From the NCBI GenBank assembly GCA_015067845.1, contig SVLT01000010.1:8771-72770 (forward strand): DNA of 64,000 nucleotides, written 5' to 3'. The notes under the pieces are model-generated. The model was not told where the DNA came from and made no database searches. It saw only the letters and a program-made list of their open reading frames with translations. How positions within the stretch are numbered: the stretch's first letter is position 1; each line of letters begins with the position of its first letter. This DNA comes from Oscillospiraceae bacterium. Its GTDB lineage: Bacteria > Bacillota > Clostridia > Oscillospirales > Oscillospiraceae. Positions 36,060 through 48,442 of this stretch are shown here, one piece after another. Both the position numbers and the translations under genes were made by a program.

Positions 36060-38269
36060 CATGCCTTCTCCTGTAAACGCAGCTTTAGCCCCGTATACCG
36101 GCGGCCGCGCTTGGCGTTTTCCGTCATGGCAGCCACGGTCTCAGCTCTGCCCACGATGATCAGCAGCTCCCGGGCCCGGGTGATGGCGGTGTACAGCACG
36201 CTGCGGCTCAAAAGATAAGGTGAGCCACTCCATGCGCACAAGATCACCGCCCGGTATTCGCTGCCCTGGCTTTTGTGGACGGTGACGGCATAGGCCGGTT
36301 CCAGTTCGTTCAGTTGAGTGAAGTCGTAATCCGCTTCCCGGTCGTCGAATACCACGGTCATGGTCTCCATGTGTGGGTCGATGGAAGTGATGATGCCGAT
36401 GTCCCCATTGAAAATGCCGGTGCCTGCGGCGCTGCCGTCGCACTTTTTCCAGATGATGTCGTAATTGTTCCGGATCTGCATGACCCGGTCACCCTCCCGG
36501 AAGGTAAAATCCCCAAAGGGCCGTTCCCGCTTGCCGCCGCCGGGGGGATTCAGACAGGCTTGCAGGGATTGATTCAGAACGGCAGTTCCCACGCCGCCCT
36601 TACGGGTGGGGGAGAGGACTTGAATTTCCGATGCCGGGATGCCCATTTTCTGGGGCAGACGGGAAGTACAAAGACCGGAAACGGTCTGCCGCATTTCCTC
36701 CTCCGACCGGCAGGGCAGGAAGAAAAAGTCGCTTTTCACATTTTTCAGATCCGGCATTTCCCCGTTGTTGACCCGGTGGGCGTTCATAACGATGAGGCTC
36801 TGCTGTGCCTGACGGAAGATCTCCGTCAGACGCACGGTGGGGAGCACCTCGCTGCGGAGCATATCCCCAAAGGGAAAGCCGGGCCCAACAGGGGGGAGCT
36901 GATCCGGGTCGCCTACGAAGATCAGCCGTTTTCCCTTGGGTATGGCCCGCAAAAGACTGCTCAGAAGCAGCACGTCCACCATGCTCATCTCGTCCACGAT
37001 CACCACATCGGCTTTCAGGGGGTTGGCCTCGTCACGCAAGAATACCATGTCCCCGGATACCGGGTCGATGGTACATTCCAGCAGACGGTGGATGGTGGAA
37101 GCGTCCTCACCGGTGACCTCCGTCAGCCGTTTGGCGGCGCGCCCGGTGGGGGCGGCCATGACGCATTTCAGCTGCATCTGTCCCAGCAGGGACAGAAGGC
37201 CTTTCAAAATGGTGGTTTTGCCGGTGCCGGGGCCGCCGGTGATCAGCAAAATACCGGAGGTCGCGCCGGCACGGATGGCCTGGGCCTGTTGGTCGGAATA
37301 GGCAATGCCGCTTTCTTTGGCAATGGCCTGCATCATTTTATCCAGATTTTTGGGGGCAGGGAATGTCCTTGCGGCGCTTTCCAGCAAACGCCGGGCGATG
37401 TATTCCTCCGCCTCAAACAGGGCAGGAAGATACACCACAGTGATCCCGGCCAGCACAGTTCGCACCAACTGCCGGTTTTGCACCAATTCGTCCGCGGCGG
37501 TCTGGATGCAAGCCTCGTCCACGGACAGAAGCTGGGCGGTGGCCACTACCAGCTTGTCCTCCGGCAGGAAGCTGTGGCCTGCGGTGAGATTGTAATCCAG
37601 TTCAAAAAGAATTCCGGCCTTGATGCGGCGGATATCATCTCCGGCGATGCCCAATTCAATGGCAAAGCGATCCACCGCGCCGAAGGGAGCTTCCAGACCC
37701 TGCTCCATCAAAAGATAGGGGTCATCATATAATAAATCCACTGTGGCTTCGCCGTAGACCTTGTATGTACGCACTGCCAGCTCCGCAGGGAGCTGATGCT
37801 GGGCGAAAAACTCCATCAGCTGGCGCATGCCCACCCGTTGACGGAATTCCTCTCCGATGGCCTTGGCCTTGTCCCGGGAAATTCCGGCAACCTCTGCCAA
37901 ACGCTCGGGCTCCTGCTCCATGACGGTGAGGGTCTGATCCCCAAAGCGGCTAACGATCCGGGCGGCAGTTTTTGGGCCGATGCCCTTGATGATCCGCCCG
38001 GAGAGATAGGCCAAGATCTCGTTGCTGGTCTGGGGCAGCAGGCGTTCCAGAAATTCCGCTTCAAACTGACGGCCATAGCTGGGATGCGTGCCCCATTTTC
38101 CGGTGACCATGAGCCGTTCGCCCACAGCAGGCAGGGGGATGGTGCCTACGACGGTGACAGTTTGTCCGCCGCCAACGCCCAGGCGCAGTACGGCGTAGCC
38201 GTTATCGTAATTCTGATATACCACCGCGCTGATGGTGCCCTGAATGATCTCCATTTCCTGTTCGGCCAT
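36059..38269 (-). CDS. recD2: ATP-dependent RecD-like DNA helicase
   Basis: KGIGPKTA HhH, GGPGTGKT, APTGRAA, DEMSM, GDPDQL, TVHKSQGSE, YTAITRA. Confidence 0.94.
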   Translation of the reverse strand: MAEQEMEIIQGTISAVVYQNYDNGYAVLRLGVGGGQTVTVVGTIPLPAVGERLMVTGKWGTHPSYGRQFEAEFLERLLPQTSNEILAYLSGRIIKGIGPKTAARIVSRFGDQTLTVMEQEPERLAEVAGISRDKAKAIGEEFRQRVGMRQLMEFFAQHQLPAELAVRTYKVYGEATVDLLYDDPYLLMEQGLEAPFGAVDRFAIELGIAGDDIRRIKAGILFELDYNLTAGHSFLPEDKLVVATAQLLSVDEACIQTAADELVQNRQLVRTVLAGITVVYLPALFEAEEYIARRLLESAARTFPAPKNLDKMMQAIAKESGIAYSDQQAQAIRAGATSGILLITGGPGTGKTTILKGLLSLLGQMQLKCVMAAPTGRAAKRLTEVTGEDASTIHRLLECTIDPVSGDMVFLRDEANPLKADVVIVDEMSMVDVLLLSSLLRAIPKGKRLIFVGDPDQLPPVGPGFPFGDMLRSEVLPTVRLTEIFRQAQQSLIVMNAHRVNNGEMPDLKNVKSDFFFLPCRSEEEMRQTVSGLCTSRLPQKMGIPASEIQVLSPTRKGGVGTAVLNQSLQACLNPPGGGKRERPFGDFTFREGDRVMQIRNNYDIIWKKCDGSAAGTGIFNGDIGIITSIDPHMETMTVVFDDREADYDFTQLNELEPAYAVTVHKSQGSEYRAVILCAWSGSPYLLSRSVLYTAITRARELLIIVGRAETVAAMTENAKRGRRYTGLKLRLQEKA

Positions 38270-38493
38270 GGCCGTCACCCCCTTTTTGTGTCTTTTTTAT
38301 AGTTTACATTATTTTTGCCCGCTTGAAAAGGTTTTTCTCCGTCTTTTTTGAAAAAAAGAAAAAGGGGGTATACTGGCAAAGATACAGTAAAGTATGCAAG
38401 TTTATTTTCTAAACCCTATTGATTTTTTCGGATTTTCCATTATAATAATCAACGTAATGTGGGAGAATTGGTTTTTTTAAGGAGTGACAGCCG

Positions 38494-38745
38494 ATGAAGG
38501 ACTTAACACTGCTCACATGGCTGACCCAATTGGGACTGTCGGTGGCAGTGCCGCCGGTGCTGTTTGTCCTGCTGGCCGTATGGCTCAGAGACAGTCAGGG
38601 CTGGGGCGCATGGGTGATCTGGGCCGGAATTATTCTGGGCCTCTACTGCGCCGCCCACGGTTTGGTCACCTCTATGAAAACACTCAAAAAAATTTCCGAA
38701 GCCAAAAAGGATGATCCACCCAAGGCTTTTAATGAACACACTTGA
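38494..38745 (+). CDS. AtpZ/AtpI-family small membrane protein
   Basis: Two TM segments, TQLGLS motif, first gene of the atp operon. Confidence 0.75.
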   Translation: MKDLTLLTWLTQLGLSVAVPPVLFVLLAVWLRDSQGWGAWVIWAGIILGLYCAAHGLVTSMKTLKKISEAKKDDPPKAFNEHT

Positions 38746-38758
38746 TTTTGGAGGAATT

Positions 38759-39151
38759 ATGGACCCCAGAAGAGTCGTATTAAAAGAAACCGCGGTTGTT
38801 GCTGTGGGAGAACTGCTGTGCTCTGCGGTGATGGTGGGCGTTTTTGCTGCTTTTGGATTTTTTCAGCTCAATGTGCTTTGGGGCGCATTGGTCGGAAGTC
38901 TTGTGATGACTGCCAACTATTTCTTCATGGCGATTACCGTAAATCTTGCGGCAGACCGTGCGGAAAAGGGCGAAGTTTCGCAAGCAAAAAAAATGGTACA
39001 GCTTTCGTCAACAGTACGGCTGGTGGCAATTGGTGTGGCAATGGTGGTAGGCGTCAAGCTGGGCGCAAATGTGATCGCATTGGTGCTCCCATTGGCCTTT
39101 TTGCGCCCCGTATTGATGGTGACGGAATTTTTCAGAAAGAAGGGTGAGTGA
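38759..39151 (+). CDS. atpI: ATP synthase subunit I
   Basis: Four TM segments, immediately upstream of atpB. Confidence 0.75.
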   Translation: MDPRRVVLKETAVVAVGELLCSAVMVGVFAAFGFFQLNVLWGALVGSLVMTANYFFMAITVNLAADRAEKGEVSQAKKMVQLSSTVRLVAIGVAMVVGVKLGANVIALVLPLAFLRPVLMVTEFFRKKGE

Positions 39152-40047
39152 TGGATGGAATTGAAGTAAGAGGCCCGCAGGAGCTGTTTTCCATCGGCCC
39201 CATTGCAATTACAGAGACCATTCTGTCGCTGATTGTTGTAATGGCGGTGCTTCTGACTGCCGGCATCTTATTAGGCAGAAATTTGCAAAAGCGTCCCGGA
39301 AAATTGCAGGTGCTGACAGAAAAAGGCGTTAGTATGCTGATGAATCTGGTGCGTGGCACCATGGGTGAGCACAATATGAGCTGGGTGCCCTATATCGGAA
39401 CGATTTTCCTGTCGTCCATTTTTGGCAGCTTCATTGGCTTGACCGGCTTCCTGCGTTCCACAACCGCGGATCTTGCCGTGGTTCTGACTTGGGCCGTTAT
39501 GACCAGCGTGATCATCTGGTATCACTCCATTAAGCGCAACGGTCTTTTGGGATGGCTGAAAGGCTTTACAGAGCCCACGCCGGTTATGACCCCCATGAAC
39601 ATCGTTTCCGAGATCGCGCAGCCGGTTGCCATGGCGTTCCGTCATTTCGGTAACGTGGCCGGCGGCAGCATCATTACCATGATCATCTATACAGCCTTGG
39701 CGGCGGCATCTACCGCACTGATCAATCTGCTGGCCTCCACCTGGGTGTTCCCCGCGATCGTTGCGGTTTTGGGCGCGGTGCTGCTGATCAGCGGTATCCG
39801 TAAAAAGAAAACCGCATCCAAGATCATCGCCGTTGTGCTGATGGTTCTGGGCGCACTGGGTGTTGCGACGAATTTGAATCTTCTTGGTGGGATCGAAATC
39901 CCCATCTTGCAGATCGGCGTTCCGGCAGCGCTGAGTATTTACTTTGACTTGTTTTCCGGTTTTGTTCAGGCATTTGTGTTTAGCCTGCTGAGCATGGTCT
40001 ATATCGCAGGTGCCTGTCCCCCGCCGGAGGAAGAAAACACAAAATAA
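39148..40047 (+). CDS. atpB: FoF1 ATP synthase subunit a
   Basis: TTADL, PMNIVSE, FRHFGN, QAFVF. Confidence 0.93.
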   Translation: MMDGIEVRGPQELFSIGPIAITETILSLIVVMAVLLTAGILLGRNLQKRPGKLQVLTEKGVSMLMNLVRGTMGEHNMSWVPYIGTIFLSSIFGSFIGLTGFLRSTTADLAVVLTWAVMTSVIIWYHSIKRNGLLGWLKGFTEPTPVMTPMNIVSEIAQPVAMAFRHFGNVAGGSIITMIIYTALAAASTALINLLASTWVFPAIVAVLGAVLLISGIRKKKTASKIIAVVLMVLGALGVATNLNLLGGIEIPILQIGVPAALSIYFDLFSGFVQAFVFSLLSMVYIAGACPPPEEENTK

Positions 40048-40079
40048 ACTTATACAAAAAAATTCAGGAGGAATTTATT

Positions 40080-40319
40080 ATGAATGAAGCAATTATGATC
40101 GCAGCAAAAGCACTGGGCGCAGGCCTGTGTATGGGTATCGGCGCTATCGGCCCCGCTATCGGTGAAGGTAATGCCGTTGGTAAGGCTCTGGAAGGTATGG
40201 CTCGTCAGCCTGAATCCGCCGGCGATCTGCGTACCAACATGATCCTGGGCTGTGCAATTACCGAAACCACCGGTATTTATTCTCTGGTTATTGCTCTGCT
40301 GATCCTGTTTGCCCTGTAA
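40080..40319 (+). CDS. atpE: FoF1 ATP synthase subunit c (Na+-type motif)
   Basis: ARQPE loop; GPAIGEG and ETTGIY. Confidence 0.95.
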   Translation: MNEAIMIAAKALGAGLCMGIGAIGPAIGEGNAVGKALEGMARQPESAGDLRTNMILGCAITETTGIYSLVIALLILFAL

Positions 40320-40358
40320 GCAGCTTTTCCTGAAAATTAACGGAAAGGAGTTGCTTGC

Positions 40359-40862
40359 GTGGGACCGGGAGAATTCTTAAATATTAACTTTTTTACTGCG
40401 CTGTTTACCCTGGTCAATACCATAACCCTGTTTTTGGTGCTGAAAAAATTTCTTTTCAAGCCGGTGATGAAAATGATCACCGACCGCCAAAAGGAGATCG
40501 ACGATATGTATACCGATGCGGACACCGCCAAGGAAAATGCGTTGGCTATGGAAGCGGAGTATAAGCAGAAGCTTTCTCAGGCCGCGGTTACCGGTGAGCG
40601 CATGGTGAAAGAGGCCGTGGAACGCGGTCAGCGTCGGGAGGAGGAGATCCTCCGCCAGGCAAACGAGGAAGCCTCCGCCATTATGGAGAAGGCCTCCGCG
40701 GACATCGCTCTGGAAAAGAAAAAGGCACTCAACGATGCCAAGGACGAGATCTCTGACATTGCCATGGCCATCGCTGAAAAGGTTGTGGGCCGGGAAGTCA
40801 ACAGCGCGGATCATTCCGACCTGGTGGACAGCTTCATTGATCGGTTGGGTGACGGCGCATGA
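40359..40862 (+). CDS. atpF: FoF1 ATP synthase subunit b
   Basis: N-terminal TM, FKPV..RQ, coiled coil. Confidence 0.92.
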   Translation: MGPGEFLNINFFTALFTLVNTITLFLVLKKFLFKPVMKMITDRQKEIDDMYTDADTAKENALAMEAEYKQKLSQAAVTGERMVKEAVERGQRREEEILRQANEEASAIMEKASADIALEKKKALNDAKDEISDIAMAIAEKVVGREVNSADHSDLVDSFIDRLGDGA

Positions 40863-41398
40863 CAGAAGTAGGAACCATCTACGGCGGCGCGTTGTTTGAT
40901 CTTGCAGCGGCAGAAGGCGCAGCTGGGGAGATATTGGGACAGTTGCAGGCACTTTCTGAGAGCTTTTCTCAGGAGCCGGCATTTCTCAAGCTCCTGAATG
41001 CCCATTCTTTGGCAAAAAAAGAACGGTGCAGGATCGTTGACGAGAGCTTGACGGGGAAAGTGCATCCCTATGTGGTGAATTTCTTGAAAATCCTCACAGA
41101 AAAGGGCTATGTACGTCATTTTTCCCATTGTTACGACGCCTATCGGGTGCGCTATAATCAGGCCAACAATATCCTGCCGGTGACGGCGGTGACAGCGGTG
41201 GCCCTGAGTGAGACCCAACATCTTCGTCTGCAAACCAAATTGCAGGAGCAGACCGGAAAAACCATTGAATTGACCAACCGGGTAGACCCGGATGTTCTGG
41301 GCGGCGTGCGCCTGGACTTTGACGGCAAATGTGTGGATGACACTCTATCCCATCGTTTGGACAGCATCCGCAATATGCTGAATCATACCGTACTCTGA
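40859..41398 (+). CDS. atpH: ATP synthase F1 delta
   Basis: YGGALF, NFLKIL, VDPDVLGG. Confidence 0.92.
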   Translation: MTEVGTIYGGALFDLAAAEGAAGEILGQLQALSESFSQEPAFLKLLNAHSLAKKERCRIVDESLTGKVHPYVVNFLKILTEKGYVRHFSHCYDAYRVRYNQANNILPVTAVTAVALSETQHLRLQTKLQEQTGKTIELTNRVDPDVLGGVRLDFDGKCVDDTLSHRLDSIRNMLNHTVL

Positions 41399-41419
41399 TG
41401 GTAAGAAAGCAGGAACAGT

Positions 41420-42934
41420 ATGGAATTAAGACCTGAAGAAATCACGAAGATCATTCGTGCACAAATTAAAAATTATGAAAGCACTCTGGAAGAGAGTGAG
41501 ACCGGCGTGGTCATCCTGGTGGGTGACGGTATCGCCAAGGTCTCCGGCCTGAATAACTGTATGGCCGGCGAATTGCTGGAATTCCCCAACGGCGAATTCG
41601 GCATGGCCCAAAACCTGGAAGAGGACACGGTATCCGTGGTTATTCTGGGTACCGATGAGGGCATCAAGGAAGGCGACACCGTCAAGCGTACCGGCAAGGT
41701 GGTTTCTGTCCCCGTGGGCAAGGACCTGATCGGTCGCGTTGTCAATGCTCTGGGCGAGCCCATTGACGGCAAGGGCAGCATCGATGCAGAGGCTTACCGG
41801 CCCATCGAAATGCCTGCTCCCGGCATCATTGACCGCCAGCACGTCAGCCGCCCCTTGCAGACCGGCATCAAGGCCATCGACTCCATGATCCCCATTGGCC
41901 GGGGTCAGCGTGAGCTGATCATCGGTGACCGCCAGACCGGTAAGACCACCATCGCTACCGATACCATCCTGAACCAAAAGGGCAAGGATGTGATCTGTAT
42001 CTATGTGGCCATCGGTCAGAAGCGTTCCACCGTTGCACAGGTGGTGGAAAACCTGACAGCGGGCGGCGCCATGGACTACACCATCGTGGTCTCCGCCACC
42101 GCATCGGAGCTGGCTCCCATGCAGTATATCGCTCCCTACACGGGCTGTACCATGGGTGAGCACTTTATGCACCAGGGCAAGGATGTGCTGGTGATCTATG
42201 ACGATCTAAGTAAGCACGCTGTGGCCTACCGTGCCATCTCCTTGCTGATTCGCCGTCCTCCCGGACGGGAAGCCTACCCCGGTGACGTGTTCTACCTCCA
42301 CTCCCGTTTGTTGGAGCGTGCAGCACAGCTGTCTGACAAGCTGGGCGGCGGCAGTTTGACGGCTCTGCCCATTATCGAGACCCAGGCGGGCGACGTTTCC
42401 GCCTACATCCCCACAAACGTCATCTCCATTACCGACGGCCAGATCTTCCTGGAATCCGAGTTGTTCAATTCCGGCATCATGCCTGCGGTGAACCCGGGTA
42501 TTTCCGTGTCTCGTGTTGGCGGTGACGCACAGATCAAGGCCATGAAGAAGGTGGCCGGCAGCCTGAAGCTGCTGTACTCTCAGTACCGGGAGCTGCAGAG
42601 CTTCGCTCAGTTCGGCTCCGATCTGGATGCGGACACCAAGGAGCGTCTGTCCCTGGGTGAACGGATCGTGGCGGTGCTGAAACAGAAGAACAACGCCCCT
42701 GCGGAGGTTGCCCATCAGGTGTGCATCCTATATGCGGTCACCAAGGGGTATCTGAAGGATATCGATGTGGCGAAGGTGCCGGAGTTTGAACTGCGGCTCC
42801 ATGAGTTTATGGAAAACCGTTACGGCAAGGTGCTGGATGCCATCCGCACCACCGGCAAGCTGGAAGCCAATACGGAAGAATTGCTGAAAACCGCGCTGAC
42901 AGAATTGCTCAGCGACATGAATCCGGCAAACTAA
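41420..42934 (+). CDS. atpA: ATP synthase F1 alpha
   Basis: [29 protein letters not shown]. Confidence 0.97.
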   Translation: MELRPEEITKIIRAQIKNYESTLEESETGVVILVGDGIAKVSGLNNCMAGELLEFPNGEFGMAQNLEEDTVSVVILGTDEGIKEGDTVKRTGKVVSVPVGKDLIGRVVNALGEPIDGKGSIDAEAYRPIEMPAPGIIDRQHVSRPLQTGIKAIDSMIPIGRGQRELIIGDRQTGKTTIATDTILNQKGKDVICIYVAIGQKRSTVAQVVENLTAGGAMDYTIVVSATASELAPMQYIAPYTGCTMGEHFMHQGKDVLVIYDDLSKHAVAYRAISLLIRRPPGREAYPGDVFYLHSRLLERAAQLSDKLGGGSLTALPIIETQAGDVSAYIPTNVISITDGQIFLESELFNSGIMPAVNPGISVSRVGGDAQIKAMKKVAGSLKLLYSQYRELQSFAQFGSDLDADTKERLSLGERIVAVLKQKNNAPAEVAHQVCILYAVTKGYLKDIDVAKVPEFELRLHEFMENRYGKVLDAIRTTGKLEANTEELLKTALTELLSDMNPAN

Positions 42935-42949
42935 GAAAGGAGGGAGCAT

Positions 42950-45617
<2,668 letters not shown>

Positions 45618-45619
45618 AA

Positions 45620-45660
45620 ATACAGCGTAGGAAAACGAGGATGTTTCCTACGCTGTTTTT
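45620..45660. terminator. Bidirectional terminator after the atp operon
   Basis: ACAGCGTAGGAAA..TTTCCTACGCTGT followed by a T run. Confidence 0.8.
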
Positions 45661-45663
45661 ATG

Positions 45664-46455
45664 TTATTTTTTATTCATGTGCGTTATACTATAAGAATTT
45701 CGATATTCTGATGGGGTCTTACCTGTATGATATTTGAAAAATTTAAGGAATTTATTAAAGTCTCCAAATTCAAGGGAAGCACCGATTTCCTTAACGGACC
45801 AGTTGGTGTTCAACAAAAGACTTTTGGCCTTTTCAACAATCAAATCCGTGATGAGCTGTTTCAAATTTTTACCGTATTCTTTTTTGATAAGGCGGGATAA
45901 ATGGTCGACACTGTAACAGAAATTCTTTGCAATGTCGGTGGCTTTGAGAGAAGGAGAGGCGTTGATTCTTGTCCATTCAAAGATATCCTTTACAAGTTTC
46001 CGGGATTTTTCATCACTGGTGTCTTGTACATTGTTGATTAAGAATTGTGTGAGCAGCAATTCCGGCATAACAGGTGAAGAATTCTCTTTGCGGGAGAAGT
46101 GGAGCATTTCTTTGAAAATGTAGTCTTGGTTTACGCCCGAAAATAGCCATTTCCCATTGGTGAGGGATTCCAGATCTTTTGCGAAAAAGTGAACCCAGTA
46201 AAATGATGTTTTTCCAGTGCTGTCCTTGTACCCTTTGTGGTTCACATCTGGTTTTAAGATGATCATATCACCGGTTTTAAGCTCATATGAAACACCGTTT
46301 TCTTTGAGATACACCGTTCCGGAAACAACGTATATAATTTCGTAGGTGACTTCTGTAATGCTTGGATGAATCCAATTTGAATTTGTACTGAACAGACCCA
46401 TGCCGTTAAATATAATATAATTGTTGTCAAAACTTAGCATGTCGGATTTTTTCAC
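45664..46455 (-). CDS. AraC family transcriptional regulator
   Basis: N-terminal cupin (YEIIYV, H, FYWVHF); C-terminal double HTH FK..TGKTPSEYR. Confidence 0.9.
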   Translation of the reverse strand: MKKSDMLSFDNNYIIFNGMGLFSTNSNWIHPSITEVTYEIIYVVSGTVYLKENGVSYELKTGDMIILKPDVNHKGYKDSTGKTSFYWVHFFAKDLESLTNGKWLFSGVNQDYIFKEMLHFSRKENSSPVMPELLLTQFLINNVQDTSDEKSRKLVKDIFEWTRINASPSLKATDIAKNFCYSVDHLSRLIKKEYGKNLKQLITDLIVEKAKSLLLNTNWSVKEIGASLEFGDFNKFLKFFKYHTGKTPSEYRNSYSITHMNKK

Positions 46456-46539
46456 CTCTTGCGGAATAACTGCATTGTAATTTAGGTAGTTTAATTATAC
46501 AATATAATTACAAAATTGCAAGAATCGGGAGGCTTTTTA

Positions 46540-48336
46540 ATGGAAAATATTAGTTACCGTAATGTAGAAATTAATGGCGGTTTTTGGAAACAAAAACAAG
46601 AAATAAATCGGAAAATTTCCGCGCATGCAGTTTATGACCGCTTTTATGACACAGGAAGAATTGCTGCTTTTAATGTGAATTGGAAGGAAGGCGACCCGCA
46701 CTGTCCCCATATTTATTGGGATTCCGATGTGGCAAAATGGATTGAAGGAGCAGCGGCTATTCTGAATAAGGAACATATAACCGAGTTTGAAGAAAAAATC
46801 GAAAGCCTTATTGACAAAATTGAAGAAAACCAACAACCGGACGGGTACTTTAACATTTATTACATTCTTTTTGGAGAAGGCCAGCGCTTTGTGGATAGAA
46901 AATGCCACGAGCTCTATTGCCTTGGACACTTAATTGAAGCAGCTGTCGAGTATTATCTTGTAACCGGCCGGGACAAATTCCTGAACGCAATGAAAAAATA
47001 TGTGGACTTGGTTTATGATATTTTTTGCGTAAGGGATAGCGCCGAATTCACAACTCCGGGTCATGAAGAAATCGAACTGGCGCTCTTTAAACTTTACCGT
47101 GTTACCAAGGATAAAAAGCATTTGGAGCTTGCGATGTTTTTCCTGAATAAGCGGGGCAATAATCCAAAAGATGACAGCCTCAGAGAACGGTATCAGATGA
47201 GTTATGCCCAATCCCATCTGCCTGTTCGCGAGCAGTTTACGGCAGAAGGTCACGCCGTAAGAGCGGTATACCTGTTTACAGCTATGGCAGACGCGGCAAG
47301 AGAGATAAAGGATCCGGAACTTATCCATGCTTGTGAGAAGCTATTCAGCAACATCACAGAAAAAAGAATGTATATTACAGGCGGTCTTGGTCAGACACAT
47401 AACGGCGAGGCATTTTCTATCGACTATCACCTACCAAACGAAACAGCCTATAACGAAACCTGCGCGTCCATAGGTATGGTTTTCTTCTGTCAAAGAATGT
47501 TAGAGATTACAGGCGATGCGAAGTATGCGGATGTAATAGAAAAAGAGATTTATAACGGTGCACTGTCAGGGGTCTCTTTGGATGGCAAAGAATTCCGCTA
47601 TACAAATCCGCTTTCCGTCAATATGAAAAACCGCAGCAAAGATCCAAGCACCAACATGCGGGACTGGTTTCCCTCAACCAAAAGATCGGAAATTTTCAAG
47701 ACTTCCTGCTGCCCGCCCAATATTATCCGTTTTATAGCAATGATGGGCGACAACATTTACAGCGTTGACGCAGATACTTACTATGTCCATCAGTTTATCA
47801 ATAGCAAAACGGACAAGGTTTCTGTGACGACGGATTTTCCCAATCATTCCATTGTCAAAATCCATGCTGATGTCAAAGAACTTCGCGTCAGAATACCTGC
47901 CTGGTGTGATAATTTCCAGTGCAATAGGCACTACACCACCGAAAATGGTTATGCAGTTATAACCGATACAGCAGGTGAAATAGAGATTAACCTGAATTTG
48001 ACACCGGTTTTAATGGAAGCGAATTCGCTGGTTGCTGATAATGCGGGAAAAGTGGCATTGATGTACGGACCTATGGTTTACTGTATAGAAGGCGTAGATC
48101 AGAAAGAGAAGCTTTCTCAACTGTACATTGACGGCAATTTGCATACACGCATGGAATTTAGTGAACGCTTCGGTGTCAATACATTTATCGCAAAGGGCTT
48201 TAAAAAGACAAATAGCGGCCTGTACAGCAAATATAACCGGGAAAACTATGAAGAAACCTCACTCCAATTCATTCCGTATTTTGGTTCGGCCAATAGAGGT
48301 GAGACCGATATGCAGGTTTGGGTAAAGGTTAAATAA
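46540..48336 (+). CDS. Glycoside hydrolase family 127 (beta-L-arabinofuranosidase-like)
   Basis: DSDVAKW, HELYC, GHEEIE, GHAVR, NETCAS, SCCPPN. Confidence 0.9.
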   Translation: MENISYRNVEINGGFWKQKQEINRKISAHAVYDRFYDTGRIAAFNVNWKEGDPHCPHIYWDSDVAKWIEGAAAILNKEHITEFEEKIESLIDKIEENQQPDGYFNIYYILFGEGQRFVDRKCHELYCLGHLIEAAVEYYLVTGRDKFLNAMKKYVDLVYDIFCVRDSAEFTTPGHEEIELALFKLYRVTKDKKHLELAMFFLNKRGNNPKDDSLRERYQMSYAQSHLPVREQFTAEGHAVRAVYLFTAMADAAREIKDPELIHACEKLFSNITEKRMYITGGLGQTHNGEAFSIDYHLPNETAYNETCASIGMVFFCQRMLEITGDAKYADVIEKEIYNGALSGVSLDGKEFRYTNPLSVNMKNRSKDPSTNMRDWFPSTKRSEIFKTSCCPPNIIRFIAMMGDNIYSVDADTYYVHQFINSKTDKVSVTTDFPNHSIVKIHADVKELRVRIPAWCDNFQCNRHYTTENGYAVITDTAGEIEINLNLTPVLMEANSLVADNAGKVALMYGPMVYCIEGVDQKEKLSQLYIDGNLHTRMEFSERFGVNTFIAKGFKKTNSGLYSKYNRENYEETSLQFIPYFGSANRGETDMQVWVKVK

Positions 48337-48340
48337 CACA

Positions 48341-48381
48341 ACCCCCTTATGTAGTTATTATCCTACATAAGGGGGTATTTT
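48341..48381 (+). terminator. Rho-independent terminator
   Basis: ACCCCCTTATGTAG..CTACATAAGGGGGT-ATTTT. Confidence 0.8.
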
Positions 48382-48442
48382 GTCTATTGTCCGTTTTTAC
48401 TGGTTCTGTTCAGTTATCCTACATCAGGGGGGATTTTTGCAT

